A stretch of 64,000 bases of DNA, taken from Selaginella moellendorffii. Lineage: Eukaryota; Plantae; Lycopodiophyta. The position numbers were made by a program, and so were the translations under genes. Location of the stretch: assembly GCF_000143415.4 (NCBI RefSeq), contig NW_003314286.1, positions 1,611,718 to 1,675,717 on the forward strand. The letters run 5' to 3'. Below are positions 38,358 to 51,000 of this stretch, one piece after another (positions within the stretch are counted from its first letter, which is position 1; each line of letters opens with the position of its first letter). The notes under the pieces are model-generated. The model worked only from the letters and a program-made list of their open reading frames with translations, was not told the DNA's origin and did not search any database.

Positions 38358-38489
38358 ACAATAAAACTACTAATAAAATACTAAAGTAATGATGAATAAA
38401 AAATAGATTCAAGCACAAAGTTTTCAAATAACTTCTCAATGGATTAAGATTAATGCAAATGAGCGTTTGGATAAGTTGTATTGCACTTT

Positions 38490-39260
38490 TATTATAGTTG
38501 GTACTAATCATTTGATTATACTTTAAACATATATGAACATATGGGATGACAAAAAAAAAGCTTTTTTATTGCTTTATTGACTTCCTTGCTATAGTGCAAG
38601 ATTTTGTGCACTAAACACTCCACCACAAAGTATTATAACTATAAAATAATTATATATGATAATTTATAAACATTTAAAGTATTGATTAGATAGTATGCAA
38701 GTGTAAGAAAGGTTACTTGCTTTTTCCCTCTTTCAGGACTATATATTGATGTTTTAGATACACTTATTTCTAAATGCTAATTATTAAATATTCAGGATAT
38801 ATATATATATATAAAATTTTATACATGAATGATCTACATCAACTCACAAGGCACTACAACAAAAATTTGATGCTTTAGTAGAGTTCTATCATACATTTGG
38901 CTTATTATTAATATCACTAAGATTGAAGTGATAATTTTAAATAACTTAATGTAACACCTTCACTTATGAGAACTAGACATTAACTACTATAAAATCCTAT
39001 AAGTATCTTAAATATATAATCTACAAATAGAATTTAACACCTTTGAAGTTTTAACATGTTAAAGTGATAACAAATAATACTGACTAATGGAGGTAATGTG
39101 GGGGGATTAGATTTACTAGTAAAATGATAGAATGAATTTGAAAAGCTTAACTATCAATTTCTTATAACGAAATTTAAATGTGCTAAGATGATATATGCAT
39201 TATATTTTTTTTCAATAAGACTTCAAATGTGGAAGTAAACTATGCAATATATATTGAACT
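38490..39260 (+). mobile_element. Degenerate LINE (non-LTR) reverse-transcriptase fragment
   Basis: KLFYCFIDF (~38560); GLYIDVL (~38740); LYMNDL, relic of LYADDL (~38820); ALQQKFDAL; YKYLK, relic of YKYLG (~39000). Confidence 0.75.
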
Positions 39261-40318
39261 TGATCTAGGTCAATAAGCATACATTTGTAATAACCATTAA
39301 AATACTTTTTCCATCCATTGTGTATAAATTATGTTCTCGCTAATTAAAGTCTTCAAATTCTAGCCAAGCCAAGGTGTTTAGTTCCTTAGATCATTGCACC
39401 ATCCTCTTTTATTACATCTATAAAATTAAGAAAAGTTATAATTGTAACTTTAGAGCTCCAAATTTCTAATACTATTTATAGAATATCAATTTTAAACACT
39501 TTGTTATAATTCATACTACTCAATGGGAAGAAGCATCAATAAATCATAAAAAATTATAAAGGTAGTGAATATTTTTGGCAAGTTTCCATGATGTTATAAA
39601 TTAAAATAGATCTTAGTGTTATATAAGTGATTATTTCTTTTCTCAATATGAAATCTTATTCATCTTATTCCTAAGTTTAGAAATAAAGTTAAGAAAACTA
39701 TAGAAAGAAGTGATTTTTTGAGCTCACCTATTCATTAAACTGCTATCTAAATCACAATCAAGGTCTCTCAAGAGTGGATATAAAAAGTATAAAAGTTGGA
39801 AATGAAATATCAAATTTTAAAGTAAGTGGCATTGTCTTTAAAAAAAATATTTCTTTATATTTTAGCTTTTCTCACAAGATTAAATTTTATTGTAAACATA
39901 AATTTTCTTTTTCTAATTTTTTTGTTTATCTCATCTATCTAACCACCTTTGCTTTGGCTTTAGTTAAGTTCCCTTGCCAAGGTTAATATTTATTATTCCA
40001 ACTCTAGTTTGATTTTACTTAGGTTCAGTTAATTATTGCATGAGCAATGAGGTGTTACCTAACTCTTCACAAATTCTCAAACTCTCTCATAATCACCTTT
40101 CTCATGTTATATTGAAATTAAAGTTTAGTTACACTCTTTACAAACACAAGTAGCCAAGCACTCTAAGCCTCTAAATTTTTAACATTCCATAGTACAGCAA
40201 AACTTGTTCATGGAACCTTTTAAATCCCAAACTTTGGAAGCATTTATTAGTTTGAGACCTTAGGGGAAACATTATGGCATAACAGTTTGATATAAATATT
40301 TAAACAGAGTGCACTATA

Positions 40319-40560
40319 TATGAATTCATGGTTATATAGTTTGTGCTATATAATGCCCTAACTATGATGAATAAAATATTTAAAGATTATATGGACATAT
40401 TTATTATCTTATATATTGATAATGTTCTAGTTTTTAATGAAACATTGAAGAATGATTTGAAACACTTTAAGCTAGTCTATTAGAAGTTGCAAGAAAATAA
40501 CTTATATGCTAAGGAAAGTAAATGTGTCTTTGATTAGTTTCATATGAACATTCTTGGACT
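40319..40560 (+). mobile_element. Degenerate Ty3/gypsy reverse-transcriptase fragment
   Basis: YEFMVI*FVLYNAL (cf. YEFxVMPFGLxNAP); FIILYIDNVLVF (YIDD>YIDN); LQENNLYAKESKCVF. Confidence 0.85.
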
Positions 40561-41212
40561 AAAAAATTATATTGGTATTGTGAAGTCCAAGTGTATAGCT
40601 ATGATGCCGTATACTAATATTAGCATAGTGGGATTTTAGTGGCCATCAGATTTGTTTCAATCCAAACCATTCACTCCTATATACATATATATATATATAG
40701 CATATGTGGTTTTCACTTTTTATCCATAGTGATTTACTATAGAATAACCATAAAGTGGAACCTAACCCTTGGACACATGTGCCAAGAGCAATGGAGTGGG
40801 ACCTAAGTTTTAGGGCCTTAGGCTATTGAATAAAGGGATAGAACTGTCATGAATGTGACTTTAGGTATCGAAAGTTATCTATCAACTATCCTTTTAGATA
40901 TTCTTTCCTTACTGCCACGACAGTAGGAGGTCGATATTGCTGGACCTATTATTAGTCTCCACCTGAGCTAGTTGAGAAATTGATCATCACATGTGCACTT
41001 AGACCAGAAGGGCACTAAGGAAGGAAATCCTAAGTTGTCATTTATCAAGCAGACTTAACATGATGTTGACTTGCACTTGCTAGTGTTGGGAACCCCCATG
41101 ATATTGAGCTTGGTCTCTCAATATCGCTAAATGATAGTTTACTGTATCTGCCAAACACCTTTACTATCATGCCTTTTGTGTTAGTCTCATTTCGGTCCCA
41201 AATGCTATTTAT

Positions 41213-41687
41213 GGAAAAGTGGAAAAGGTTCTTATTCATGGACTCTTTCCCTCTATATTTAAACCCCATAGACCATTTCTCAAGTCGTTCTCTTTGGTTG
41301 CTTACAATCCATCACACTTCCCTACAAGTTCACGCCCTCGTGAATGAAAGTTGAGAGTCGTAACTCTCCCAAGAGCCCACTGTCTTGACACTCTACCTCG
41401 AGTCGACCTAATGGGAGCAAACTAGACCAACCAGATGTCAATCAACTTGTGGTGTGATTCCCCTAGCCAACCAATAGAGTCAAACTCAAGACCACTCTGA
41501 TACCAAATATAAGCTCCTGAATTTAGACTCCTAATCCAGTACTATTCAAACCCAAGGACGCTTAACCCAAGTATCCCAAGACTTTTAACCAATTGGAAAA
41601 GGGGGTGCATTTTTATTCATGGGCCCTTTCCCTTTATATTTGAACCCCATGGACCATGTCTTGAGTTGTTCTTTTTGGTTACTTACA
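41213..41687 (-). mobile_element. TRIM-like miniature LTR element, copy 1 (one LTR truncated)
   Basis: ~180-bp LTR at 41508-41687; PBS TGGTATCAGAGT at 41494-41505; ~200-bp noncoding interior; partial second LTR ending at 41306 next to a purine-rich tract. Confidence 0.75.
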
Positions 41688-43092
41688 AATGGGTAAGTCG
41701 GGTATGGCTGACCAATCTGAAGCATAATTTAGCTCCCGTTTGCGTGCTTATCCTTGTTCTGCGTCCGGCTTGGGTCTAAGCTCAAACTCCACACCATGCT
41801 AGTTGGTGGAGTACCCATATCCTTGCGTTAGGCCGCTAGTATGCTGAAATAGTGCTAAACTCCATTTGGCTCCATTTTACGTATTGGTCCTAACATTGGG
41901 ATGCTGGATACTCTAGGACTGTTCTAAGTCGCTCCGAACTCCTGTCCCCTCACTCCTTGGACTGTATGTTTGAGAATTGCTCTATGGTTTGGTTCTATCA
42001 CTCCTTAGCTCTATACTTGGGAGTTTGGCACCGTTCCTTTGTTCAATGGCCCAAGGCTCTGAACCTCAGGTTCCACACCACTATCCTATAGACACGTGGC
42101 ATATAACACGTGGCACATGGAGGGTTTAGGTTCCACTTCGCGGTGTTATCTTATAGTAAATCACCATAGGATAAAGGGTAAAAACCACGTGTGCTACAAG
42201 AGCCAAACTTCCAAGCATACAACCAAAAAACGAAAGAGCTAAAACATAGAACAACTCTTAAGTATACAACTATAAAGCAAAAGAGCCAGAGCACTGGGTG
42301 ACATTGGAATGATATTGGAGCATCCAACATCCTAATACCAAGACTAGCATGTAAATGGAACAAAATAAATTCTAACGCTAGTTTAATATACAAGTGGTGT
42401 AACATAAGGATATAGGTATTCTACCAGTTAGTATGGTATATCAAGTTAGATGTAAAATAAGGATAGACACACTTAGTGAGGAGCTAAACTTTTAAAACTC
42501 TACATAACTTTAGATTATTATGACTAATAATACCAAAGATTGTTCATCAGAAAAATATATGTATTATTGCTATGTCTTTGTCAGGTTTAGATTAAAAGAT
42601 TAAAAGAAGTTAATCTTCGAGGGTAATCACAATAACTTATTAAATATAAAATGATATTAGATTACAAATCAAGACATGGAAACAACACCATTTTGTTATC
42701 TACATTTTATAGATATGCCCAATTAGAAAATCTAGACACTTTTCATGAATAGAGAATGGGATTAAATAGAACCAATATATAGGGCATGATAACAAGTGTT
42801 TTAGTGGATACAAAAAGCTATCACATAATAAATATTGAGGGATTAAACTCAATATTGCAAGGGTTCCCACTATTAGCAAGTGTAAGATAATATAAATTTT
42901 TCATCACTATATCAAATGACAATTTTTTTTCCTTAATGCCCTTCTTATTTAACTGCACACATGTTGACCAATTTTGGGTGGATATAGGTAAAAAGTATAA
43001 ACCTTCTACCATCATAACAATAAAAGAAGAATATTATAGGACTTACTAACAAATAATTTTCAATACCTTTAATCATATTCACAATAATATAG

Positions 43093-43513
43093 TGTAAACT
43101 CCTGAATTTACTTCCCGAGAGATCAATTAACTTAAGACTACTGAAACCCAAGGATGTTTAACTCTAAGTATCATAAAATCTTTAACCAATTGGAAAAAGG
43201 GATATATTTTTGTTCATAAGTCTTTTTTACTATAAATTTATACAAGTTTACACTTTTATTACTAAAAGCTAAAAGCTGTAGCTCTTCTAAAAGCCCCAAT
43301 TCTCCAAAAAACCCTACTCTCTTGACATCCTACCCCTCAAGTAAACTTTACTTGCCATCTCAATATATGGTGTGATTCTTTTAGCTAACAATTAAGAGTC
43401 AAACCTAAGACCCCTTTGATACTAAATATAAACTCTTGAATTTGAATTATTTTTCTCTCTATATTTAAACCCTTATGGATAATCTATTGAGTTGTTCTCT
43501 TTAGTTGCTTATA
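43093..43513 (-). mobile_element. TRIM-like miniature LTR element, copy 2
   Basis: Homologous to copy 1; ends TGTAAAC...GCTTATA; degenerate PBS at ~43414-43425; flanks TATAG/TATAA could be a 5-bp target-site duplication. Confidence 0.7.
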
Positions 43514-43739
43514 TATAATTGATGATGGTGTAATTAAGGTAGATCTAAGAAGTGGTGAAGTCTTGAGAAGTTTTAACCACTATAGAAAATATTCACTCTT
43601 TTCTCAATTTGGTAGAATATTATCGCAAGTTTCTTCATAATTTTGCAATTACTCTTCTGTTGATTAAGTTAACAAAAAGTGATATACAATTTCCTTGAAC
43701 ACTAATTTATCATCATATTTTTGTACAATTGAAGGAGAT

Positions 43740-44640
43740 CTTGAATATGGTTTTTATTCTTAGAATTTTAGATCTTGATAAACCTTTCAAAGTGCATTGT
43801 GATACATTTGGCTATATTATATTGATGTTATATTACGACAAGATTGTGACAATATAATTGATATTACATTAAAGTAGCATGGTTGTCTTGTTGTATTTTA
43901 CTCCAAGACATAAACAAACAAAGATGGCCTACACAATAAAAGAGATGTTTGTATAGTGTCAATGTTAGAACATTGGAAACACTATTTGGATGGATGTATT
44001 AATATTTATATAGATAATAATATGTTTAATTACTTTGCAATACAACAAAAGTTTATGTCAAAGTAAGCTCATTAGCAAGAGAAGCTCAATATCAAATCAT
44101 CTAAAAACCTAATAAACCTTACTAGTATTGTAATAAAAGTAGGTTAGAAGTTGAAATACATTTCTAAGACTAACATAACCATTTCAGAGTATGACACTGA
44201 ACTTTGTTATTTATTTGCTAAAATTAAATGGTTATAACACTTTGATAGTGGTTGTGAATTAATTATTAAATGTTGCACAGTTTATCCCAATTGTATAAAT
44301 AATAAATGCTAAATAAACAATAAAGCTCTTTTTCCATAAAGTGGTAAATGATTATAACACTTTGATAATGGTTATTGATTAATTATCAAAGATTACACAC
44401 TTTATCCCAATTGTGTAAAACTCTTTTTTGATAAAGTGGTATGGGTTTATGGATATCCCCAATAAATGATTTCATATAGGAATTCAAGATTTATGTGAGA
44501 GTTTTGGGTATATTATTTAAATTTTTAGGTACCAAATTGAAATTCATTATAATTTATCATCTTTAAACAGATGGATAGACTAAATATGTAAATGCTCAAA
44601 TTGAGAATTATCTATGGTACTATGTTGCATTAAATTAATG
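43740..44640 (+). mobile_element. Degenerate Ty3/gypsy RNase H and integrase fragment
   Basis: LDLDKPFKVHCDTFGY; KEM...HWKHYLDG; NGYNTLIVVVN*L...QFIP (tandemly duplicated ~44227-44440); ISYRNSRF...FW; YHL*TDG*TKYVN (cf. YHPQTDGQTERVN). Confidence 0.85.
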
Positions 44641-45594
44641 CATCTAGATTAAAATTATTGTATATTTTCCAATTGCATCATATACTCTCCAAAATTGTAG
44701 AATTTCACAGAGAAAGGCATACAATTTTGTAAAGTTTGTAAAATTTATTGGACAAACTTGTGCATATTGTAAAATACTCTAATTGAAATATTTATTACAT
44801 ATTTTAATATTCATGCATGCCATACAAATTGCTTGAGAAGCTGTGCTCATAGCAGAGAGATTAACTTCGAAAAGGTCACTTCAATTGGAGATGGAGGGGA
44901 GTATCTTGAAGCCAGCTTAAAGAGCATAAGATTCCACTCCCAGGGAGTCTCTGACTAAACCTCATTTGGTGTCTGTTTTATTCCACCATTTCTCTGTATT
45001 TGGAGAGAGCTTCCCTGGAAAAGACATACAATCAGGAGAAACTAGTGAAGAAAAATAGAATCCATCCAACCTTCGCAAATTCAGTTGGTTTTCATACTCC
45101 TGTAGCTTCATCTTCTGATTTCGAAGAGTCTAGCAAGAGAAAACAAACTTAGAAAAGTTCTATACAATGTCAAACTTACCAAGGGCTTGGAGCTGGCCGC
45201 ATGAGGAGCCAGGAGCTGCTGGCACCTCTCGAATCGATTGCCAAGTTCATTTACCTAGAGAGCACCAATTGGTTCGTAATAAAAAATGTTTGCTCAATGC
45301 TACCAGATCATCCACGCGCTGGTCTCGCACTCCCCTCTCGGTAGCGTCAGCGATCGCCTCGATCAACTGGCAAGAACAAACAAGAGAAGTCTAGACTGTT
45401 ATCAATGACAAGGACTATTTACCGGGAACAAATGGAACTGCGACAGAAGATTGGACGCGGCGCCGAGCTGGGGCTGCTGCTGCTGGACCATCGGCTGCTG
45501 CGGCATTCGCAATTGCTGCTGGAGCGATTGCTGGTGATGGATTCCTCCCGACGACCACGACATTGCTTTTCCCACCAAAACCCTAGTCTATGGA

Positions 45595-47736
45595 ATGGAC
45601 AATGTAGCTCTTAAATTTCCTCGATTCACTCTCCCTGTGAACAATCCTCCAGTCGAGGATCATTCCCGGGCGATTAGCCTCGAATCCTATGCCGAGCGTA
45701 TCAAGAGCGCGTCCAGGAACAGGGATCCCTCCTCGGGGAAGCATCTCCACTCTGAGATCTTCCGGAGCGATCACTGGAACAATCGCTACCTCGCGAATCT
45801 GCTGGTGGAGATGTATGGCAAATGCGGCCTCGTTGGAGAGGCGCGCAAGGTCTTCGACGCTATCGAGGAGCCGAATTCCTTCTCCTGGAACATCATGGTC
45901 GCAGCCTACGCTCAAAACGGGCAGCTCGACCACGCCAAGAAGCTCTACGACCGGATGGCGATCAAGGACGTGATCGCGGGCAATGTCCTCATCACCGCAT
46001 TCGCGCAGGGCGGGCGGCTGCGCGAGGCGAGAGATTTGTTCGATTCGATCCCCCGCCGCGATGCGGTGTCGTGGAACGCGATGATCCGGGGCTATGCCGT
46101 GAACGGCCATTTGGACGAGGCAAAGCAATGCTTCGCAAAGATGCCCAACCCTAATTCCGTGACCTGGACAACCATAGTGGCGGCTCTCGCGGAGAACGGT
46201 AATATCGACGATGCTAAAGCGATGTTTGACAAAATGCCGGAGCGCAATGTGGTAGCCTGGACGTCCATCGTTGCGGCATATGCCCAAAACGGGCATCTAG
46301 ACGAGGCAAGAGAGCTCTTTGAGAAGATGCCGCATAGAAATTCCTATTCCTGGAACACAATGATCTCCGTCTACGTCCAAAACAAGGACCTCCACGAAGC
46401 CAAGAGGATCTTCGACGCGATGCCCGGAAAGAACCTCGTATCTTGGACCCCGCTTATATCGGCATATGCCCAAAGCGGGCATCTGGACGAGGCAAAGAGG
46501 CTCTTTGACGAGATGCCACAGCCGGACGTGGTGCTGTGGACAGCCATGATCAAAGCATATGCGGAGAATGGGAATATTACCGAGGCCCGGCGTACCTTTG
46601 ACCTCATGCCACAAAGGAATATTGTCACCTGGAACGTGATGCTGGCGGCGTACTGCCAGGTCGGCCTCTTGCGTGACGCCACGCGACAGTTCGAGGAAAT
46701 GCCCGAGCGGGACCTTGTGTCGTACACAACGGTCATTTCAGCTGAGGCGCAGTACGGAAGGCTTGAAAGGGCCAGAGCTTTGTTTGACGAGATGCCGCTG
46801 CGGGATATCGTGGCATGGAACACTATCATCGCGGCATATTCTCAGGCTGGGAATCTGTCCGAAGCAAGGAATCTATTCGAAAAGATGAACACTCACGACG
46901 TAGTGAGTTGCAACATTATGATCGATGCGTATACCCGCTTGGGCTACTTGGAAGAAGCGAAAAGGGAACTTGGAAAAATGCCCAGGCAAGACGTGATCTC
47001 CTGGACAACACTTATTACAGCATATGCCTTCTTTGGGTATGTGGAAGAGGCCAAAGCGTTGTTTGATTCCACCCCAGAAAAGAATCTTCTGGCGTGGAAC
47101 ACGCTGCTAGAAGCGAACTGCCAGCACGGCGAACTGGATGATGCCCGGGCATTGTTTGAGAATATGCCAGAGTGGGATACCATATCCTGGACGATCATGA
47201 TCACGGCATATGCCCACAAGGGGCATATTGCCCAGGCGCAGCGCTTCTTCGACGGCATCCAGCAACGCGACGTGGCGTCCTGGAACGCGATGATCGTCGC
47301 CTATGCCCTAAACGGCTACCGCGCGCGATCGATCGAGCTCCTGGGCGAACTAGGCGTCGCGGGAATGGATCCTGACGAGGTGACATTCACAAGCGTCATG
47401 GGCGCGTGCGGCCACGCGGGATCCGTGGACGCCGCCCGGGATTACCTGCGATCGATGCGAGTGGATCGTGGATTGGCGCCCCGGGAAGAACACTACGCGT
47501 GCGTGATCGATGCGCTGTGCCGCGCGGGGCAGATCCACAGGGCCGAGGATCTAATCGCGAACATGCCGTTTCTTCCGGGGATCACGGAGTGGACGAGTCT
47601 GATCGCCGCGTGTAAGTCGCAACGCGACGTGGAGAGGGTGCTCGCGCGGGTGTCCGAGCTGGAGCACAACTCCGAGGTGTACGTGCTCCTCTCCAATAGC
47701 ATCATGCCACGGAGCGAGAGGGTGACGTCGGTGTGA
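45595..47736 (+). CDS. PLS-class PPR protein with a long S/SS-motif array plus E domain, no DYW, intronless
   Basis: MYGKCG motif; many ~31-aa tandem motifs; HYACVIDALCRAG; WTSLIAAC; YVLLSN. Confidence 0.93.
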   Translation: MDNVALKFPRFTLPVNNPPVEDHSRAISLESYAERIKSASRNRDPSSGKHLHSEIFRSDHWNNRYLANLLVEMYGKCGLVGEARKVFDAIEEPNSFSWNIMVAAYAQNGQLDHAKKLYDRMAIKDVIAGNVLITAFAQGGRLREARDLFDSIPRRDAVSWNAMIRGYAVNGHLDEAKQCFAKMPNPNSVTWTTIVAALAENGNIDDAKAMFDKMPERNVVAWTSIVAAYAQNGHLDEARELFEKMPHRNSYSWNTMISVYVQNKDLHEAKRIFDAMPGKNLVSWTPLISAYAQSGHLDEAKRLFDEMPQPDVVLWTAMIKAYAENGNITEARRTFDLMPQRNIVTWNVMLAAYCQVGLLRDATRQFEEMPERDLVSYTTVISAEAQYGRLERARALFDEMPLRDIVAWNTIIAAYSQAGNLSEARNLFEKMNTHDVVSCNIMIDAYTRLGYLEEAKRELGKMPRQDVISWTTLITAYAFFGYVEEAKALFDSTPEKNLLAWNTLLEANCQHGELDDARALFENMPEWDTISWTIMITAYAHKGHIAQAQRFFDGIQQRDVASWNAMIVAYALNGYRARSIELLGELGVAGMDPDEVTFTSVMGACGHAGSVDAARDYLRSMRVDRGLAPREEHYACVIDALCRAGQIHRAEDLIANMPFLPGITEWTSLIAACKSQRDVERVLARVSELEHNSEVYVLLSNSIMPRSERVTSV

Positions 47737-48000
47737 CGGCACGATGGAGGCGCGCAAATGGTGCCGACGTGGACAACATCTGGCAGTGATGTGGACTTCT
47801 TTGTACGTTTTTTTCCAAGAGATGGGAGGAAAAGAGCTCCACGCCTAGAGCCTAGGTTTTTAGTACTCGCGCGGTTGGCCGGGAATTTCCAGCTCCAGGT
47901 ATTTGCTCTCAAACCCTAGCGATCCGGCGCCGTGCGCGCGACGGCGGCTGCAGAATTCCTGGTGAAATCTCAATGCATTTGAGCTGCTTGATCTTCTGCC

Positions 48001-51000
48001 ATGGAAGTCGAGGCGGATGTTCCGGTCCAGGAATCTAGTGAATCCGAGGCCCCGAAGAAGGCGGAGGTAATGGAATCGCAGGACGCTGTTTCCAGCTACA
48101 GAGTTGTAGATGCGGTTGCAGAGAGCGAAGGGGATTGGCCGGGGCCAAGATGTGGGCACACTCTCACAGCGCTCGCTCCAATTGGCAAGGAAGGCACTGC
48201 CGTCTACATTGCCCATCGCCTTGTGCTGTTTGGAGGTGCCACGGCTCTGGAAGGAGCATCTGGAACTGGACCGCCCCTCTCGCCGTCTTCTGGAGACCCT
48301 GGAATCAGTAAGTGGTGTTCTTCCTTTTGTTTTCTCGGGAATTAACGAGTCCCGTGATCTCCAGGAATCGCTGAAGTTACTGCAAACGTCCATTGCTTTG
48401 ACACTGCTTCGAAAAAATGGCAAAAGTATGTTACTCTCTATTTTTTGCGCCTTTCTTTTTGTTGTTACTTCCTTGGACGATTCTCTTATGATCGATGCGA
48501 ATTTTGCAGGCTCAATCCTTCAGGTATCGCTCCATCACCAAGAGCTGCTCATGCTGCAGCGGCAGTGGGTCCGATGGTTGTTTTTCAGGTACGTGTTTTA
48601 CTTTCGGAGAACTTTGCAAATGGTTCTGCATTGTAGGGTGGCATCGGTCCTGCTGGACTCTCATCGGATGACTTGCATGTCTTGGATTTGTCTCAGCCCG
48701 AGGCAAAATGGCATAGGTAGAAGATTTCATGTAACGGGAATGTTGCTTGACTTTTATTCCGCAGGGTGGTTGTCAAAGAAGGACCACGGCCAGGCCCACG
48801 CTATGGGCATGTTATGGCACTAGTTGCACAATTCTTGATACTGGTTTCTGGGAACGACGGTACAGTTATGAGTGCTAAGGCTTTCAAGTTTATAAGCGAT
48901 GTATACTTGAGCAGGTGTTCGACTTTTCTCGGATGTTTGGGTTCTAGACACGACGAAGAAGCCTTACCAATGGGAGAAGGTTGAAGCCGGTGGCGATGGA
49001 CCTCCGCCTTGCATGTAGGTGCATGGGTAAACATCAAACCCCGTCACTTTTTCTTGTTCTAACTGCGCTGACGCTCATTATCAGGTATGCAGCCGCAAGC
49101 ACACGAAAGGATGGCGTACTTCTATTTTGCGGTGGGAGGGATTCAAACGGTGTGGTAAGGTTTCCACACTTTCCCATTAGAACAAAGTCCCTGATGCCTC
49201 GACTTTGTAGCCTGTTCCTGGTATATATCGTCTTGAGAGGAATCAAATTGGGCAGTGGCACTGGGATAGGTTGCCTGGGACCTCACCTTCTCCTCGGTAT
49301 CAGCATGCAGCGGTATATTGCTTCCACTTATCTTGAAAATATTAACTCTCCTCTATTTGAAGGCTTTTGCAGATGCCAGATTTCACATTTCTGGCGGAGC
49401 TCAAGGGCGTGGACATATTGTGGATGACGCGTCGTCTTTTGCAGGCAAGTTGTGGAACCCGTTTAATCAAACAGCTTACTTTTTTTGTTCAATCTAACAG
49501 TTTTTGATACGAATTCGGGAGTCTGGTACGAGGCTAAGTCCACTGGTGCCTCCGATGAGTCTCTTGCACTCACTAAACGTTGTAGACATGCTGCGGTGGG
49601 TCTGGGGAAGACTATGTACATTTATGGCGGCTTGAAATCAGGTGACATTCTGACCTCACATGCCTTGTCTATGTTCTCATTATGTACTTGTAGTTTAGGT
49701 GTGCTGTTTAGTGACCTGCTAGTTGCTGACGACGGGAAGCTGGAGGCTGCTTGCCGTCGGAACGAGAGCAATGCGACCATACGGTAATTGTATGTTTTCC
49801 GAAGTCTTAAATAGCTTCAACTTTAAAATCTTCAGGAGAGATCCGAAAGATCTTCAGCTTTTGGTTGAAGCATCGACTGCTGAGGCCGAGGCTATGACCG
49901 CTATCATGGATAAGGTACAAAGCCAAAATAACGGGGTTGCAGTTGAAAGTGTCTCGCCATCTTCCGACTTACCTATGCCCAATGCCATGCCCGGCTCGGA
50001 CGTTCGACTTCATCACAGAGCGGTAAGTAAAACAGTGAAGAATGGATCTAATGAAGAGCTTGTTGTTCTCCGATTGCTCTAGATTGTTGCCACAGAGCCG
50101 GGAGGTGGAACGTTACGAAGTCTAGTGAGGCAGCTCTCCTTGGACCGTTTTGAAAACGAGGGACGAAGGGTGACTCGTGAAATTTCGAGGAGAGTCTTAG
50201 AAAGACAAATTTCGATGTACGGTGTACATAAGAAGGTGTGTTTCTCTGCTCGTTCGATGAGTTCGTACTTACTAGGATACGGTTTTCAGGTTTTGGCTCT
50301 CTTGTTAAAGCCCCGAGAATGGAAACCTTCCTTGCGGAGAAATCTATTTCTTGAATTCAACGAGGTTCTAGAGCTCTGTGACTCGGCAGAAAACATCTTT
50401 AGAGCCGAGCCTAATGTTCTAAAATTGAAAGCTCCCGTCAAAATTTTTGGCGACATCCATGGGCAATTTGGAGATCTGATGCGCTTGTTTAACGAATACG
50501 GATCGCCGTCTACAGCTGGAGATATTTCGTAAGACTTTTCTACAAGACTTTTCTTTGGTTTTAACACTTGTAGTACTGGCTACAGGTACATTGATTATCT
50601 TTTCCTTGGTGACTACGTGGATCGTGGACAACATAGCCTGGAAACTATTTTCTTGCTGCTAGCATTGAAGGTAGCACTTTACATTTATCACGCAGACTGA
50701 TAAGTTCTCTCACTGGTTTTAGATTGAGCACCCTGAACACGTGCATATGATTCGAGGCAACCACGAAGCTCAAGACATCAATGCGCTCTTTGGCTTCCGC
50801 ACCGAGTGTGTAGAACGAATGGTTTGTGTGCGTTTCTACAGTGCACTGTGGCGCCTAACTATTGAGCTTTTGGACAGGGCGAGTGGGAAGGAGTATGGGC
50901 CTGGCACCGCATGAACCAGCTCTTCAACTGGCTGCCCCTTGCCGCAGTGATAGAGGAAAAAATTATCTGCATGCACGGTGGGATTGGCAAGTCCATCAAC

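Larger units (their letters stand above)
31210..44830. mobile_element. AT-rich island of nested degenerate retroelements
   Basis: No long ORFs, strong CpG loss, and recognisable mutated gag/PR/RT/RH/IN, LINE RT, PBS and LTR fragments (itemised below). Confidence 0.9.

Noticed and set aside
35015-43151. Short AT-rich ORFs listed within the island
   Set aside because: Chance ORFs in degenerate repeats; the real TE motifs are mostly in other, stop-interrupted frames.
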